Positions 39,821 through 49,107 of a stretch of 64,000 nucleotides of DNA are shown piece by piece. The notes under the pieces were generated by a model. It was not told the DNA's origin. It made no database searches and saw only the letters and a list, made by a program, of their open reading frames with translations. Origin of the DNA: Anaerolineae bacterium (GTDB taxonomy: Bacteria > Chloroflexota > Anaerolineae > S140-20); NCBI GenBank assembly GCA_027021705.1, contig JALUTT010000132.1, positions 26,727 through 90,726 of the forward strand, read 5' to 3'. The number at the start of each line of letters is the position of its first letter. Within the stretch, counting starts at the first letter, position 1. A program made the translations under genes and the position numbers.

Positions 39821-41122
39821 ATGGAAGACGAAATTGATCTGCGGGAGTACATAGCTGTCTTAATCCGTCACTGGCGGATGATTGCAGGGTTGGCGCTGAT
39901 TGCGGCTGTGACGGCAGCAAGCGTTAGCTTCTTCATCCTGCAACCTCAGTACGAGGCCAAGGCGTTGGTGGCTGTGACCCAGCCGCGCTACGTGATGCGC
40001 TTCGATGAGCGCTTTGAGACGGTGAACAACATCCAGCCAGCCTACAAGGCTTACCCCACTCTTGCCACCAGCGATGAACTGTTGCAGCAACTGCTGGAGG
40101 GGATGGACCCGCCTTTGCCTCCTGAGAAGGCATCTTTGCAGAGGCTGCGGGGGATGCTTAGCGCATCGTCAGGGAGCGACCCCAGCATCATCATCCTGAC
40201 GGCGCGTTCCAGCGATCCCGCTGAGGCAGCCCGCGTGGTGAATGCGTGGGCGGAACTTTTCGTCCGCCGAGCCAATGAGATCTACGGGGAGAGCAGCGAA
40301 CAGCTAGCCTTCTTTGAGGCGCAGCTGGCCCAGGCGGATGCGGACCTGAAGGCAGCAGAGGAGGCGTTGATAGCCTTCCAGGCCCGCAACGAGGCGGTGA
40401 TCATCCAGGCCCAACTGAATTCAAAGAAGCAGTCTCAGAGCGAGTATCTATCGGCCCAGCGGGCCATCGTTCGGATCATTCAGGATGCCCAAAGTCTCCG
40501 GGAGCAGCTGTCAGCCCGGCCGGCCGGAGAGCAGGTCTCGCTGGGGGATGATTTGACCACCCTCTTCTTGGAGATCCAGGCTTTTAACACCCGGACGGCG
40601 ACGCCCATTCAGCTTCAGGTCGCGGGTTCTGAGTCGCTTTCGGGCAAGACGGTGGGCGAGGTCCGGGCTTTTCTGGACGATCTAGTACGTACATTGGAGA
40701 ACAAATCTGCAGAAATTCAGAAGGACCTGGATGCTCTGAAGCCGGAGATCCTGAGCCTGCAGCGCTCCCTCCAGGAGGTTAATACCGAGAAGGAGCGTCT
40801 CAGCCGCGCGAAGGAAGTGGCGCGGGAGACCTATATGGCCCTGGCCCGTAAGGTCGAGGAGGCCCGCATCGCCGCTCAGGATACCACGGGGGAGGTCCGC
40901 TTGGCCAGCACCGCGGCCGTGCCCGAGAGGCCGGTGAGCCCTCGTAAGCTGTTGAACACCTTGGTGGCGGGAGTGTTGGGTCTGATGGTGGGCATCTTTG
41001 GGGCCTTTGTGGTAGAATACTTCTCGGAACCCCTCCCGGTGGCGACGCCCAGGGCTTCGGAGTCAGAGGCAAGGGGGAGGTTAGAGCAGACTGTGGCGGA
41101 AGTGGCCTCCCCAGGGGAGTAG
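39821..41122 (+). CDS. wzz: Wzz/GumC polysaccharide co-polymerase (chain-length regulator)
   Basis: EDEIDLREY N-terminus, two TM helices, coiled coil, PERPVSPRK before the last TM. Confidence 0.85.
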   Translation: MEDEIDLREYIAVLIRHWRMIAGLALIAAVTAASVSFFILQPQYEAKALVAVTQPRYVMRFDERFETVNNIQPAYKAYPTLATSDELLQQLLEGMDPPLPPEKASLQRLRGMLSASSGSDPSIIILTARSSDPAEAARVVNAWAELFVRRANEIYGESSEQLAFFEAQLAQADADLKAAEEALIAFQARNEAVIIQAQLNSKKQSQSEYLSAQRAIVRIIQDAQSLREQLSARPAGEQVSLGDDLTTLFLEIQAFNTRTATPIQLQVAGSESLSGKTVGEVRAFLDDLVRTLENKSAEIQKDLDALKPEILSLQRSLQEVNTEKERLSRAKEVARETYMALARKVEEARIAAQDTTGEVRLASTAAVPERPVSPRKLLNTLVAGVLGLMVGIFGAFVVEYFSEPLPVATPRASESEARGRLEQTVAEVASPGE

Positions 41123-41217
41123 GAGAGGGCAACGGTTTGCCGTGAGAAAGGGACCGTCGGACGGCGCCCCAATGGCCGGGGGTAAGGGGTGGTTCCTGCC
41201 CCAAGGGGAAGAGCATC

Positions 41218-42225
41218 ATGGCGATTTTGGAGAGGCTGAAGCTCCGGCTGGCGGAGGCTTTTGAAGAGCACCAAGCGGCGATCTTGGCTGAGGTGATCGC
41301 AGAGGCCTATGATGGCTTGGTGAAGGCGAGCGACTTCAACGCGCTCAAGGAGATCGTCCGGGACCTGGCCGAGGCCCAACGGGATTTGGCCGAGGCTCAG
41401 CGGGCGAGCGAGGTGCGGCTGACGCGGCTGGAGGAGACGGTCGCAGAGCTGGCCGAGGCTCAGCGGGCGAGCGAGGTGCGGCTGACGCGGCTGGAGGAGA
41501 CGGTCGCGGGGCTGGCCGAGGCGCAGCGGGCGAGCGAGGCGCGGCTGACGCGGCTGGAGGAGACGGTTGCGGGGCTGGCCGAGGCGCAGCGGGCGAGCGA
41601 GGCGCGGCTGACGCGGCTGGAGGAGACGGTCGCAGGGCTGGCCGAGGCGCAGCGGGCGAGTGAGGCGCGGCTGACCCGGCTGGAGGAGACGGTCGCAGAG
41701 CTGGCCGAGGCGCAGCGGGCGAGTGAGGCGCGGCTGATGCGGCTGGAGGAGACGGTCGCAGAGCTGGCCGAGGCCCAGCGCCGGACGGAGGAGTCGCTCC
41801 AAAAGCTCATCGAAGACCACCAGGAAACGCGGCGGCAGTTGGGAGGGCTGGCGATGGCCGTGGGGTACGGTCTGGAGAATCAGGCCTATCGGGCTCTCCC
41901 TCAACTGCTGGCCCGGGACTTCGGGATCGAAGTCAAGGGGCGGTTGCTGCGGCGGTACGTGAAGGATCGGGAAGGACGGGACGTTGAGGTCAACATCATC
42001 GGCGAAGCTCTTCGGAACGGCGAGCGGATCGTTATCGTGGGGGAGGGGAAGAGCCAGCTTTCCAAAAATGGGGTGGATGATTTCGTCCGAAAGAAGTTGA
42101 AGCGGCTAGAGGGAGTTCTGGGGCCGATCTTTCCCGTGCTGGTCACCCATATGATCAGCGACCCCGATGTGGAGGAGTACGCTCGGGAGCGGGGGATCGC
42201 GTTGTACTACTCCTACGACTTTTGA
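41218..42225 (+). CDS. Coiled-coil repeat protein with C-terminal PD-(D/E)XK-like domain (paralog 1)
   Basis: Six 21-aa units LAEAQRASE(V/A)RLTRLEETVA(E/G); C-terminal EVNIIG...VGEGKSQL. Confidence 0.8.
   Translation: MAILERLKLRLAEAFEEHQAAILAEVIAEAYDGLVKASDFNALKEIVRDLAEAQRDLAEAQRASEVRLTRLEETVAELAEAQRASEVRLTRLEETVAGLAEAQRASEARLTRLEETVAGLAEAQRASEARLTRLEETVAGLAEAQRASEARLTRLEETVAELAEAQRASEARLMRLEETVAELAEAQRRTEESLQKLIEDHQETRRQLGGLAMAVGYGLENQAYRALPQLLARDFGIEVKGRLLRRYVKDREGRDVEVNIIGEALRNGERIVIVGEGKSQLSKNGVDDFVRKKLKRLEGVLGPIFPVLVTHMISDPDVEEYARERGIALYYSYDF
41386..41781 (+). repeat. 63-bp coding tandem repeat, 6 full units plus a partial unit
   Basis: ctggccgaggcgcagcgggcgagcgaggcgcggctgacgcggctggaggagacggtcgc... 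repeated. Confidence 0.92.
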
Positions 42226-42235
42226 GGTGTTGTCG

Positions 42236-42330
42236 CCCTCCTGCAGGTCACGCGGTTCTCGGCGACAGCTACGGCTTATCGGCGGTTGCCCGTGACGCGC
42301 TTCAGGCCGTGGGGGGAACCTGCGGGGGGG
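42236..42330 (+). repeat. REP-like palindromic element, family B copy 2 (95 bp)
   Basis: CCCTCCTGCAGGTCACGCGG...AACCTGCGGGGGGG; aligns with the reverse complement of 37087-37181. Confidence 0.78.
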
Positions 42331-42381
42331 TTCCTGGGAGAGGTGAGGAGCGAACCCCGATGCCGATGAAGGGAGGCGAGG

Positions 42382-45300
42382 ATGCCCGACCGCCGGCTGC
42401 TCTGGTTGCCGGTGGCCCTTTTGATGGGCGGGGCGCTGGCGGTGGTCCTGGGATCTGTGTTGGCGCGGGCCTCCCAGGCCGTTCACCTGCTGAGCCCGGC
42501 TATCGCGCCGGGCGATGTGGTCATCAACGAAGTGGCCTGGATGGGCACGACGGCCAGTGCCGCCGACGAGTGGATCGAGCTCTACAACACCACCGATCAG
42601 GCCATTACTCTGACCGGGTGGACGCTTTACTCCAGCGATGGCGGTCCCAACATCGCCCTGGGCGGGGTGATCCCGGCCCACGGCTACTATCTGATCGAGC
42701 GTACCGATGACAGCGCGGTTTCCAATGTTCCCGCGGACTGGACGGGCAGCTTTGGCAGTGGCCTCTCCAACGCGGGTGAGATCCTGACCCTGACCGCGCC
42801 GGGAAACATCGTGGTGGATACGGCCAACGGTGATGGGGGAGCGTGGCCGGCCGGTACCAGCAGCCCCCGCGCCACGATGGAGCGGATAGATCCGACGGCC
42901 CCCGATGCCGATGAGAACTGGGGCACAAACACCGGCCTGATCCGCAATGGGCTGAATGCCAACGGGGGACCTATCACCGGGACACCCAAGGCGCGGAACT
43001 CCCGCTTCTGGCCCGATTTGGTTGTGGAGAAGAGGGGGCCGGCTACCGTCCAGCCGGGCGGGGAGATCACTTACTCCCTGAGCGTCCATAACGGCGGTCC
43101 GATGACGGCCTCGACGGTCTACCTGACCGACCGCCTGCCGGCCGCAGTGGGGTTCGTGACGTATACGGGAGAGGGACTCTTTCAGCAAGTGGCTCCAGAT
43201 ACATTGGTCTGGACCTTGGGGGCGATGGAGCCGGGCGGTAGGCGGATCATCACCCTTACGGGCCGAGTGGCTTTCACCGTTTCGGGCACCCTGGTTAATC
43301 ACCTCCAGGCCACGATGCCGGGGACGGAGACCATAGTGGGCAACAACGTCGCCCAATGGGAGAGTTCAGTGGTGGCGGGTGGAACCCAGGGAGCGCAGGT
43401 GAAGATTGCGGCCCTTCTCTACGACGGGTATGTGGCCAGCGATTCCGACGAAGCCCTGCAGATCGTTAACACCGGAGATGTGACCATCACGCTGGCGGGC
43501 TGGCAGATTGGCAAGGAAGGGAGTGCGTCTCGGGTGAGCTTCACCCTGACGCTCCCGCCGGGGGCCTTCTGCTGGATAGCTCGAGATCGTGCGGCCTTTC
43601 GTGTCAGCTTTGGCTTCTCGCCTGATGTGGGGCCGGGGGACTGGCAGGGCTCCTGGCCGGTCTTCGCCAACGACGGCGATGCTGTCTTTCTCCTCAATGC
43701 CCAAGGTTCGGTTACCGACACCCTGGTCTACGGTGCCGGGCCGACGACGGTGGCCGGGTGGTCGGGGGAGGCCATACAGCCCTATGGTTTGACCGGGGAA
43801 ACAGGGCAGCTTCTCTACCGCAAGCTGGACGAGGCCACGGGGTTGCCGGTGCCAGACACGGGCACGGCGAAAGACTGGGCCCAGGACCCTGGCGACCTCT
43901 GGCTGGGGCGGCGGGTGCGCTACCCCGGCTGGGACCTCGGGCGCTTCTTCTTCCCCTTAATCGTGACCGAGACGGCGACGATCACCGTCGCCATCGCCCC
44001 GGACACCAGCTTTGCGGTGGTCAGCGCGGCCCTGGCCTCGGCTCAGAGCAGTCTGGAGATCGCCTCTTATACCTTCGAGAACCCGATGCTGGGCCGGGTG
44101 TTGAGCGACCGGGCTGCCTCCGGCGTCGAGGTCCGGCTCCTGCTGGAGGGCGGCCCGGTGGGAGGGGTCCAAGACGCCGAGCGGTGGGTCTGCCAGCAGC
44201 TGGAGCAAGCCGGCGGCGGGAAGAGCCATTGCTGGTTTATGGACAACGGCCAGGGCGTTGCCGATGCCCACGCCCGCTACCAGAACCACCATGCCAAGTA
44301 CGCCATCATTGACGGCCGGCGGCTGCTCATCGGCACGGAGAACTTCGGGCCTGGGGGCATGCCCTTTGACGACAAGAGCGACGGCACGGTGGGCAATCGG
44401 GGGGTCATCTTGCTCATCGAAGGGGCTCCGTCGCTCGTAGGCCGGATGCAGCAACTCTTCGGGGCCGATTTGGATCTGGCCCATCAGGACATCTTCACCT
44501 GGACAGCGGGCCACGCGGTCTACGGCAGTCCGCCGGTTGGCTACCGTCCTATCACCGCCTCAGGTGGTACGACCTACACCCTCCACTTCACATCCCCCTT
44601 CGTCGTTCAAGGGACCTTCCCCTTTCAACTCCACACGGCTCCTGAAAGCGGGCTGAGGCGTTCCGATGGCCTGTTCGCCTTGCTGGCCCAGGCCGGCTCG
44701 GGGGACGTGGTACGGGTGGAACAGCTCTACGAGCATCGGACCTGGGGAGAGGCGCCCAATCTCCGCTTGCAAGCTTACATCTCGGCGGCCTTGCGTGGGG
44801 CCGACGTCCGCCTGCTGTTGAACCAGGGGACCTTCGGGGCCGGAGGGGTGAGCCTGGACAACCTGAGCACCGTCACCTACGTGAACCGGCTGGCAGCCGA
44901 GAAGGGGCTGACGTTGGTGGCCCGTCTGGGGGATCCAACCGCCTGGGGGATCCACAACAAGATGGTACTGGCCCGGATCGGTGGGCGAGGGTACCTCTTC
45001 CTGGGCAGTCTCAACGGCAGCGAGGTCTCGTACAAAGCTAATCGCGAAGTGGGGCTCCTCATTCAATCGGATGCCCTCTACGAGTACTTGGTGCGGCTCT
45101 TCGACCTGGACTGGCAGCTTTCCTCTCCTGTCTTCCTGCCGCTGGTGGTGCGTGATTACACAGCGCCGGCCGACTACCCTCTCATCAGTGAGGTGGTTTA
45201 CGACGGAGTGGGGCTGGACCCCTACGGCGAGTGGGTGGAGCTCCACAATCCGACGGGGGAGGACTGGGACCTGTCTGGCTGGTATCTGGGGGATGCCGTG

Positions 45301-45723
45301 GCGGTGGGGGAGTACGGCAGTGGCCTCTACCGCTTCCCGACGGGGACGGTGCTGCCGGCCGGTGGCTACCTGGTCGTCGGTGGGCAGGCCAACTCGCTGG
45401 ACTTCGTTCCAGACCTGGAGCTCCTGATTGACCCCAACCTGGACGATCCGACGGTGCCCAACATGGTGCCGGCGGGCTCGTGGGAGGGGTTTGGCTTTGC
45501 CCTGGGCAATGGCGGGGATGAGGTCCTGCTGTTGGATGCGGCGGGTCAGCCGGTAGACGTCCTCGTCTACGGCGATGGCAGCTATTCCGGTGTGATCCCC
45601 CATCCCGGAGGGGTGGCCGCGCCGGGGCATTCCTTGGAGCGCCGGCCGCCTGGTGTAGATACCGATGACTGCTCGCGGGACTTCGTTGAGCGTTACGATC
45701 CCACGCCGGGAAGAGGGCCGTGA
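42382..45723 (+). CDS. Secreted lamin-tail-domain / DUF11 / phospholipase D-family protein
   Basis: Signal peptide; VVINEV..EWIELYN LTDs; DLVVEK.GP..V.PG..ITY DUF11; HAKYAIID and HNKMVLAR HKD-type motifs. Confidence 0.85.
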   Translation: MPDRRLLWLPVALLMGGALAVVLGSVLARASQAVHLLSPAIAPGDVVINEVAWMGTTASAADEWIELYNTTDQAITLTGWTLYSSDGGPNIALGGVIPAHGYYLIERTDDSAVSNVPADWTGSFGSGLSNAGEILTLTAPGNIVVDTANGDGGAWPAGTSSPRATMERIDPTAPDADENWGTNTGLIRNGLNANGGPITGTPKARNSRFWPDLVVEKRGPATVQPGGEITYSLSVHNGGPMTASTVYLTDRLPAAVGFVTYTGEGLFQQVAPDTLVWTLGAMEPGGRRIITLTGRVAFTVSGTLVNHLQATMPGTETIVGNNVAQWESSVVAGGTQGAQVKIAALLYDGYVASDSDEALQIVNTGDVTITLAGWQIGKEGSASRVSFTLTLPPGAFCWIARDRAAFRVSFGFSPDVGPGDWQGSWPVFANDGDAVFLLNAQGSVTDTLVYGAGPTTVAGWSGEAIQPYGLTGETGQLLYRKLDEATGLPVPDTGTAKDWAQDPGDLWLGRRVRYPGWDLGRFFFPLIVTETATITVAIAPDTSFAVVSAALASAQSSLEIASYTFENPMLGRVLSDRAASGVEVRLLLEGGPVGGVQDAERWVCQQLEQAGGGKSHCWFMDNGQGVADAHARYQNHHAKYAIIDGRRLLIGTENFGPGGMPFDDKSDGTVGNRGVILLIEGAPSLVGRMQQLFGADLDLAHQDIFTWTAGHAVYGSPPVGYRPITASGGTTYTLHFTSPFVVQGTFPFQLHTAPESGLRRSDGLFALLAQAGSGDVVRVEQLYEHRTWGEAPNLRLQAYISAALRGADVRLLLNQGTFGAGGVSLDNLSTVTYVNRLAAEKGLTLVARLGDPTAWGIHNKMVLARIGGRGYLFLGSLNGSEVSYKANREVGLLIQSDALYEYLVRLFDLDWQLSSPVFLPLVVRDYTAPADYPLISEVVYDGVGLDPYGEWVELHNPTGEDWDLSGWYLGDAVAVGEYGSGLYRFPTGTVLPAGGYLVVGGQANSLDFVPDLELLIDPNLDDPTVPNMVPAGSWEGFGFALGNGGDEVLLLDAAGQPVDVLVYGDGSYSGVIPHPGGVAAPGHSLERRPPGVDTDDCSRDFVERYDPTPGRGP

Positions 45724-45823
45724 TGGGGTTCCTCCCCTCTCCTGGAGGGAGAGGGGTCGGGGGTGGGGCTGTAGCTGATGGCGGTGATTACCCATAAGCG
45801 GGCGAGAGAGTGGTCCGTAGCGG

Positions 45824-45900
45824 GCCGTCCACGAATTTCTCACGAATGCACGAATGAGGCGGTCCTTCATTCGTATATTCGTGCCTCATTCGTGGACGGC
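45824..45900. repeat. 77-bp palindromic element with ACGAAT/ATTCGT sub-repeats
   Basis: Perfect 13-bp terminal IR GCCGTCCACGAAT/ATTCGTGGACGGC with three ACGAAT and three ATTCGT units. Confidence 0.75.
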
Positions 45901-45949
45901 TAGTCTCCCTATCTCCAAAGGTACGGGGAATCACCGCAGCTGATGGCTC

Positions 45950-45979
45950 TTGACGGGAGGGCTGTGAATCGAGTATAAT
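45950..45979 (+). promoter_or_regulatory. sigma70 promoter
   Basis: TTGACG-18 nt-TATAAT upstream of the paralog 2/TA cluster. Confidence 0.6.
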
Positions 45980-46032
45980 CCCTGCCGTTCAGGCTTCTGG
46001 CAGGCAGAGAGGTGGGAGGGGGGTTAAACGAA

Positions 46033-46848
46033 GTGGGGATCTCAGAACGACTGACGACCAGGCTGTTGGAAGTGTTTGAGGAGCGCCAGGCCAAGGTGCT
46101 GGCCGAGGTGATCACGGAGGCCTACGACGGCTTGGTGAAGGTGAGTGATTTCAACGAGCTCAAGGAGATCGTCCGGGACCTGGCCGAGGCCCAACGGGCC
46201 AGCGAGGCGCGGCTGACGCGGCTGGAGGAGACGGTCGCGGACCTGATCGAGGCCCAACGGGCCAGCGAGGCGCGGCTGACGCGGCTGGAGAAGACGGTCG
46301 CGGACCTGATCGAGGCCCAACGGGCCAGCGAGGCACGGCTGACACGGCTGGAGGAGACGGTCGCAGAACTGGCCGAGGCGCAGCGCCGGACGGAGGAGTC
46401 GCTCCAGAAACTCATCGAAGAACACCGGGAGACGCGGCGGCAGTTGGGGGGGCTGGCGATGACGGTGGGATACGGCCTGGAAGACCGGGCCTACCAGGCG
46501 CTTCCCCGGCTGCTGGCGCGAGACTTTGGGATCGAAGTTCGGGAACGGCTGCACCGCCGATACGTCAAGGACCGAAAGGGCGAGTACATTGAGGTCAACA
46601 TCGTCGGTGAAGCGGTCCGAGATGGGGAGCGGATCGTCATCGTGGGGGAGGGGAAGAGCCAGCTTTCCCGGAACGACGTGGACAACTTCATCCGCAAGAA
46701 GCTCAATCGTCTGGAAGGAGTGTTTGAGCGCATCTTCCCCCTGCTGGTGACCTATATGATCAGCAGTCCCGACGTGGAGGACTACGCCCGGGAGCAGGGG
46801 ATCGTGCTGTACTACTCCTACGACTTCTACCCGGAGGGAGGGGGGTGA
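46033..46848 (+). CDS. Coiled-coil repeat protein with PD-(D/E)XK-like domain (paralog 2)
   Basis: Highly similar to 41218-42225 but only three 21-aa units (46180-46368); GTG start inferred. Confidence 0.8.
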   Translation: MGISERLTTRLLEVFEERQAKVLAEVITEAYDGLVKVSDFNELKEIVRDLAEAQRASEARLTRLEETVADLIEAQRASEARLTRLEKTVADLIEAQRASEARLTRLEETVAELAEAQRRTEESLQKLIEEHRETRRQLGGLAMTVGYGLEDRAYQALPRLLARDFGIEVRERLHRRYVKDRKGEYIEVNIVGEAVRDGERIVIVGEGKSQLSRNDVDNFIRKKLNRLEGVFERIFPLLVTYMISSPDVEDYAREQGIVLYYSYDFYPEGGG

Positions 46849-46885
46849 GCACTGCTGTGGGCGGTGAGTCGCATCGGGAGTGCCG

Positions 46886-47245
46886 GGGTCGTTTCTGGAG
46901 GACCGCCCCTTTCACGACATTGACGTGGGGGTGTACGTAGCAACGGCGGACGAACGAAAAGCGAGTTCGCTGGCGTTGGACCTGGCGATCGCCCTCGAAG
47001 GCGATCTGGCAAGACAAAGGGAGGCGGAAGGAGAACCTGGGGAGTCCTATCGCTTCCCTGTGGACGTTCAGGTGCTGAACTGGACGCCGGTAAGCTTCAG
47101 CTATTACGTGTTGCGGGGACGGTTGCTCTTCTGCCGGGACGAGGCCATACGTGTGCAATGGGCCGAGCGGATCCTCGCTCGCTACCTGGACCTGAAACCG
47201 CTGCGACACAGAGCGCTGAAAGAGGCTATGACCTCATGGCGCTGA
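46886..47245 (+). pseudogene. 5'-truncated minimal nucleotidyltransferase (duplicate of 48026-48493)
   Basis: Identity to the second copy begins abruptly at GSFLED; N-terminal ~36 aa missing. Confidence 0.75.
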
Positions 47246-47334
47246 ACCGGGAACTGATCGAAGGCCGGTTTCAGGATATCCGGTGGTCCCTGGAGCGACT
47301 GGAACAGGTGAGGGCATTATCCAAGGCAGTGTGA
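47236..47334 (+). pseudogene. HEPN/DUF86 N-terminal fragment (32 aa)
   Basis: MALNRELIEGRFQDIRWSLERLEQVRALSKAV*, overlapping the MNT stop as in MNT-HEPN pairs. Confidence 0.6.
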
Positions 47335-47369
47335 GGGCTGCCAATCGTCCGAGGGGAGAAGAGGGAACC

Positions 47370-47678
47370 TTGGCTCCGACAGATAGGATTCGGATCACTG
47401 AAGCTGATTTGCATCCTCATCTGAGGGCGCGTATGCGCCAACGGGGCATCACCCGTGCGGAGATTGAACACACTTTGAACGAAGGTTGGGAAGCCACCGA
47501 TGCCAAGTCGGGCACATTGGGTAAGGTGTTTGTATTCCCTTACGAGGAAGAATGGGAAGGCCAGTTCTATGAAGAAAAGGAAGTCACGGTATACTACAAG
47601 CTGACGCCGGAAGGTGTTGTGCTTCTGACGGCAATAGCCAGATACGGCAGCGGCTTTCCAAGGAGAGGATGGAAATGA
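47370..47678 (+). CDS. DUF4258-family putative toxin
   Basis: HLRARMRQRGITRAEIE...VVLLTA; coupled to the DUF2283 gene; TTG start inferred. Confidence 0.72.
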   Translation: MAPTDRIRITEADLHPHLRARMRQRGITRAEIEHTLNEGWEATDAKSGTLGKVFVFPYEEEWEGQFYEEKEVTVYYKLTPEGVVLLTAIARYGSGFPRRGWK

Positions 47679-47902
47679 AGATAGAGTATGACCCGATCCG
47701 AGATTTGCTTTACATCTGGTTCGGTGTTCCGGGGGAGAGAGCGGCCAAGACGGAGACGGTGGTGCCCGGTGTGTACGCTGATTTTGACAGACAGGGAAAG
47801 TTGCTCGGTCTCGAAGTGTTGGATGCCTCAGAGGTGTTGCGACACAAGGTCCAGTTTGAGGTCGAGCTGGCCCCTTCCCCTATTACAACTACCTCTGTTT
47901 GA
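47675..47902 (+). CDS. DUF2283-family putative antitoxin
   Basis: MKIEYDP..DLLYI...DFD..GKLLGLEVLDAS. Confidence 0.85.
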   Translation: MKIEYDPIRDLLYIWFGVPGERAAKTETVVPGVYADFDRQGKLLGLEVLDASEVLRHKVQFEVELAPSPITTTSV

Positions 47903-48025
47903 CGTGATGACCCGGTGTTATCCCTTCTGCTGACCTTGCCGGCTTGTCGCTTGCTGCAGGCGAGGCACAGCGGAGTGAGAGCGGCCGGGCCGCAAAGCCT
48001 GGGAGTGCCTGGAAACGCAAGGCAT

Positions 48026-48493
48026 ATGAGAGAAGCCCTGTTCGATTGCGCAAAGAAAAGGCGTGAAAAGATTCTGACTGCCCTGGGAAAGGCGCTGGCG
48101 GCGTGGCCGGAGGTGACCTTTGCCTATGCCTATGGGTCGTTTCTGGAGGACCGCCCCTTTCACGACATTGACGTGGGGGTGTACGTAGCAACGGCGGACG
48201 AGCGAAAAGCGAGCTCGCTGGCGTTGGACCTGGCGATCGCCCTCGAAGCCGATCTGGCAAGACAAAGTGAGGCGGGAGGAGAACCTGGGGAGTCCTATCG
48301 CTTCCCCGTGGACGTTCGTGTGCTGAACGGGGCGCCGGTGAGCTTCGGCTATCACGTGTTGCGGGGACGGTTGCTCTTCTGCCGGGACGAGGCCATACGT
48401 GTGCAATGGGCCGAGCGGATCCTCGCTCGCTACCTGGACCTGAAACCGCTGCGGCACAGAGCGCTGAAGGAGGCCATGACCTCATGGCGCTGA
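48026..48493 (+). CDS. Minimal nucleotidyltransferase (MNT)
   Basis: FAYAYGSF......DIDVGV; VDVRVLN.AP. Confidence 0.8.
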   Translation: MREALFDCAKKRREKILTALGKALAAWPEVTFAYAYGSFLEDRPFHDIDVGVYVATADERKASSLALDLAIALEADLARQSEAGGEPGESYRFPVDVRVLNGAPVSFGYHVLRGRLLFCRDEAIRVQWAERILARYLDLKPLRHRALKEAMTSWR

Positions 48494-49107
48494 ACCGGGA
48501 ACTGATCGAAAGCCGGTTTCAGGATATCCGGCAGTCCCTGGAGCGACTGGAACGGATGAGGACATTATCCAGGGAGGCGTTCCTTGAACTCGTGCATGCT
48601 ATCAGCAGACTGTTACGACCATATCGAGTGGTGGACGCTATGGGCGAACCATTGGAGGGACCGGTACGAGCAGAACAAACGGGACCGCGAGTGCCCCACG
48701 GAAACGTGCCCGACCTCTCAGTCCTGAAGCAGGTGTTTCAACGGTATGATGAGATCGCGGCCGTGTATCTGTTTGGTTCCCACGCTGCAGGTCGTGCACG
48801 CCGAGAAAGTGACTTGGACCTGGCGATTTTGCCCCGCCGACGGGGGGCCCTCAGGAATCGCAGAGTAGATATCCTTGCCGACCTGGCCTGCCACGGCTTC
48901 TGCGAGGTTGATCTGGTCTTTTTGGACACCGATGACATTGTCCTCAAATATGAGGCCGTTCGCCACAATCGGTTGGTCTATCAGGCAGAGGATTTTGACC
49001 GAGGGGCGTTCTACTCCAAGGTGGTGCGACAGTATTTGGACTTTCTCCCCTACCTGGACGTGCAGCGCAGGGCTTACAAGAAAAGGATCTTGAATGGTCA
49101 GAGTTGA
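48484..49107 (+). CDS. mntA: MntA-type nucleotidyltransferase antitoxin; the frame is fused to an upstream HEPN N-terminal fragment (true start possibly 48640 or 48706)
   Basis: YLFGSHAAGRARRESDLD fits GSX10DXD; first ~33 aa match the 47236 HEPN fragment. Confidence 0.75.
   Translation: MALNRELIESRFQDIRQSLERLERMRTLSREAFLELVHAISRLLRPYRVVDAMGEPLEGPVRAEQTGPRVPHGNVPDLSVLKQVFQRYDEIAAVYLFGSHAAGRARRESDLDLAILPRRRGALRNRRVDILADLACHGFCEVDLVFLDTDDIVLKYEAVRHNRLVYQAEDFDRGAFYSKVVRQYLDFLPYLDVQRRAYKKRILNGQS

Larger units (their letters stand above)
46886..48580 (+). repeat. ~447-bp direct repeat pair (46886-47332 and 48134-48580)
   Basis: Near-identical sequence at constant offset 1248. Confidence 0.9.

Noticed and set aside
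41386..41781. CRISPR array
   Set aside because: Units are contiguous in-frame 63-bp coding repeats with no unique spacers, and there are no cas genes in the window
47960..48025. c-di-GMP-I riboswitch (GGGCCGCAAAGCCT)
   Set aside because: Only the short GCAAAGCC motif matches; no convincing GGCAAAC/GNRA hairpin or P1 pairing
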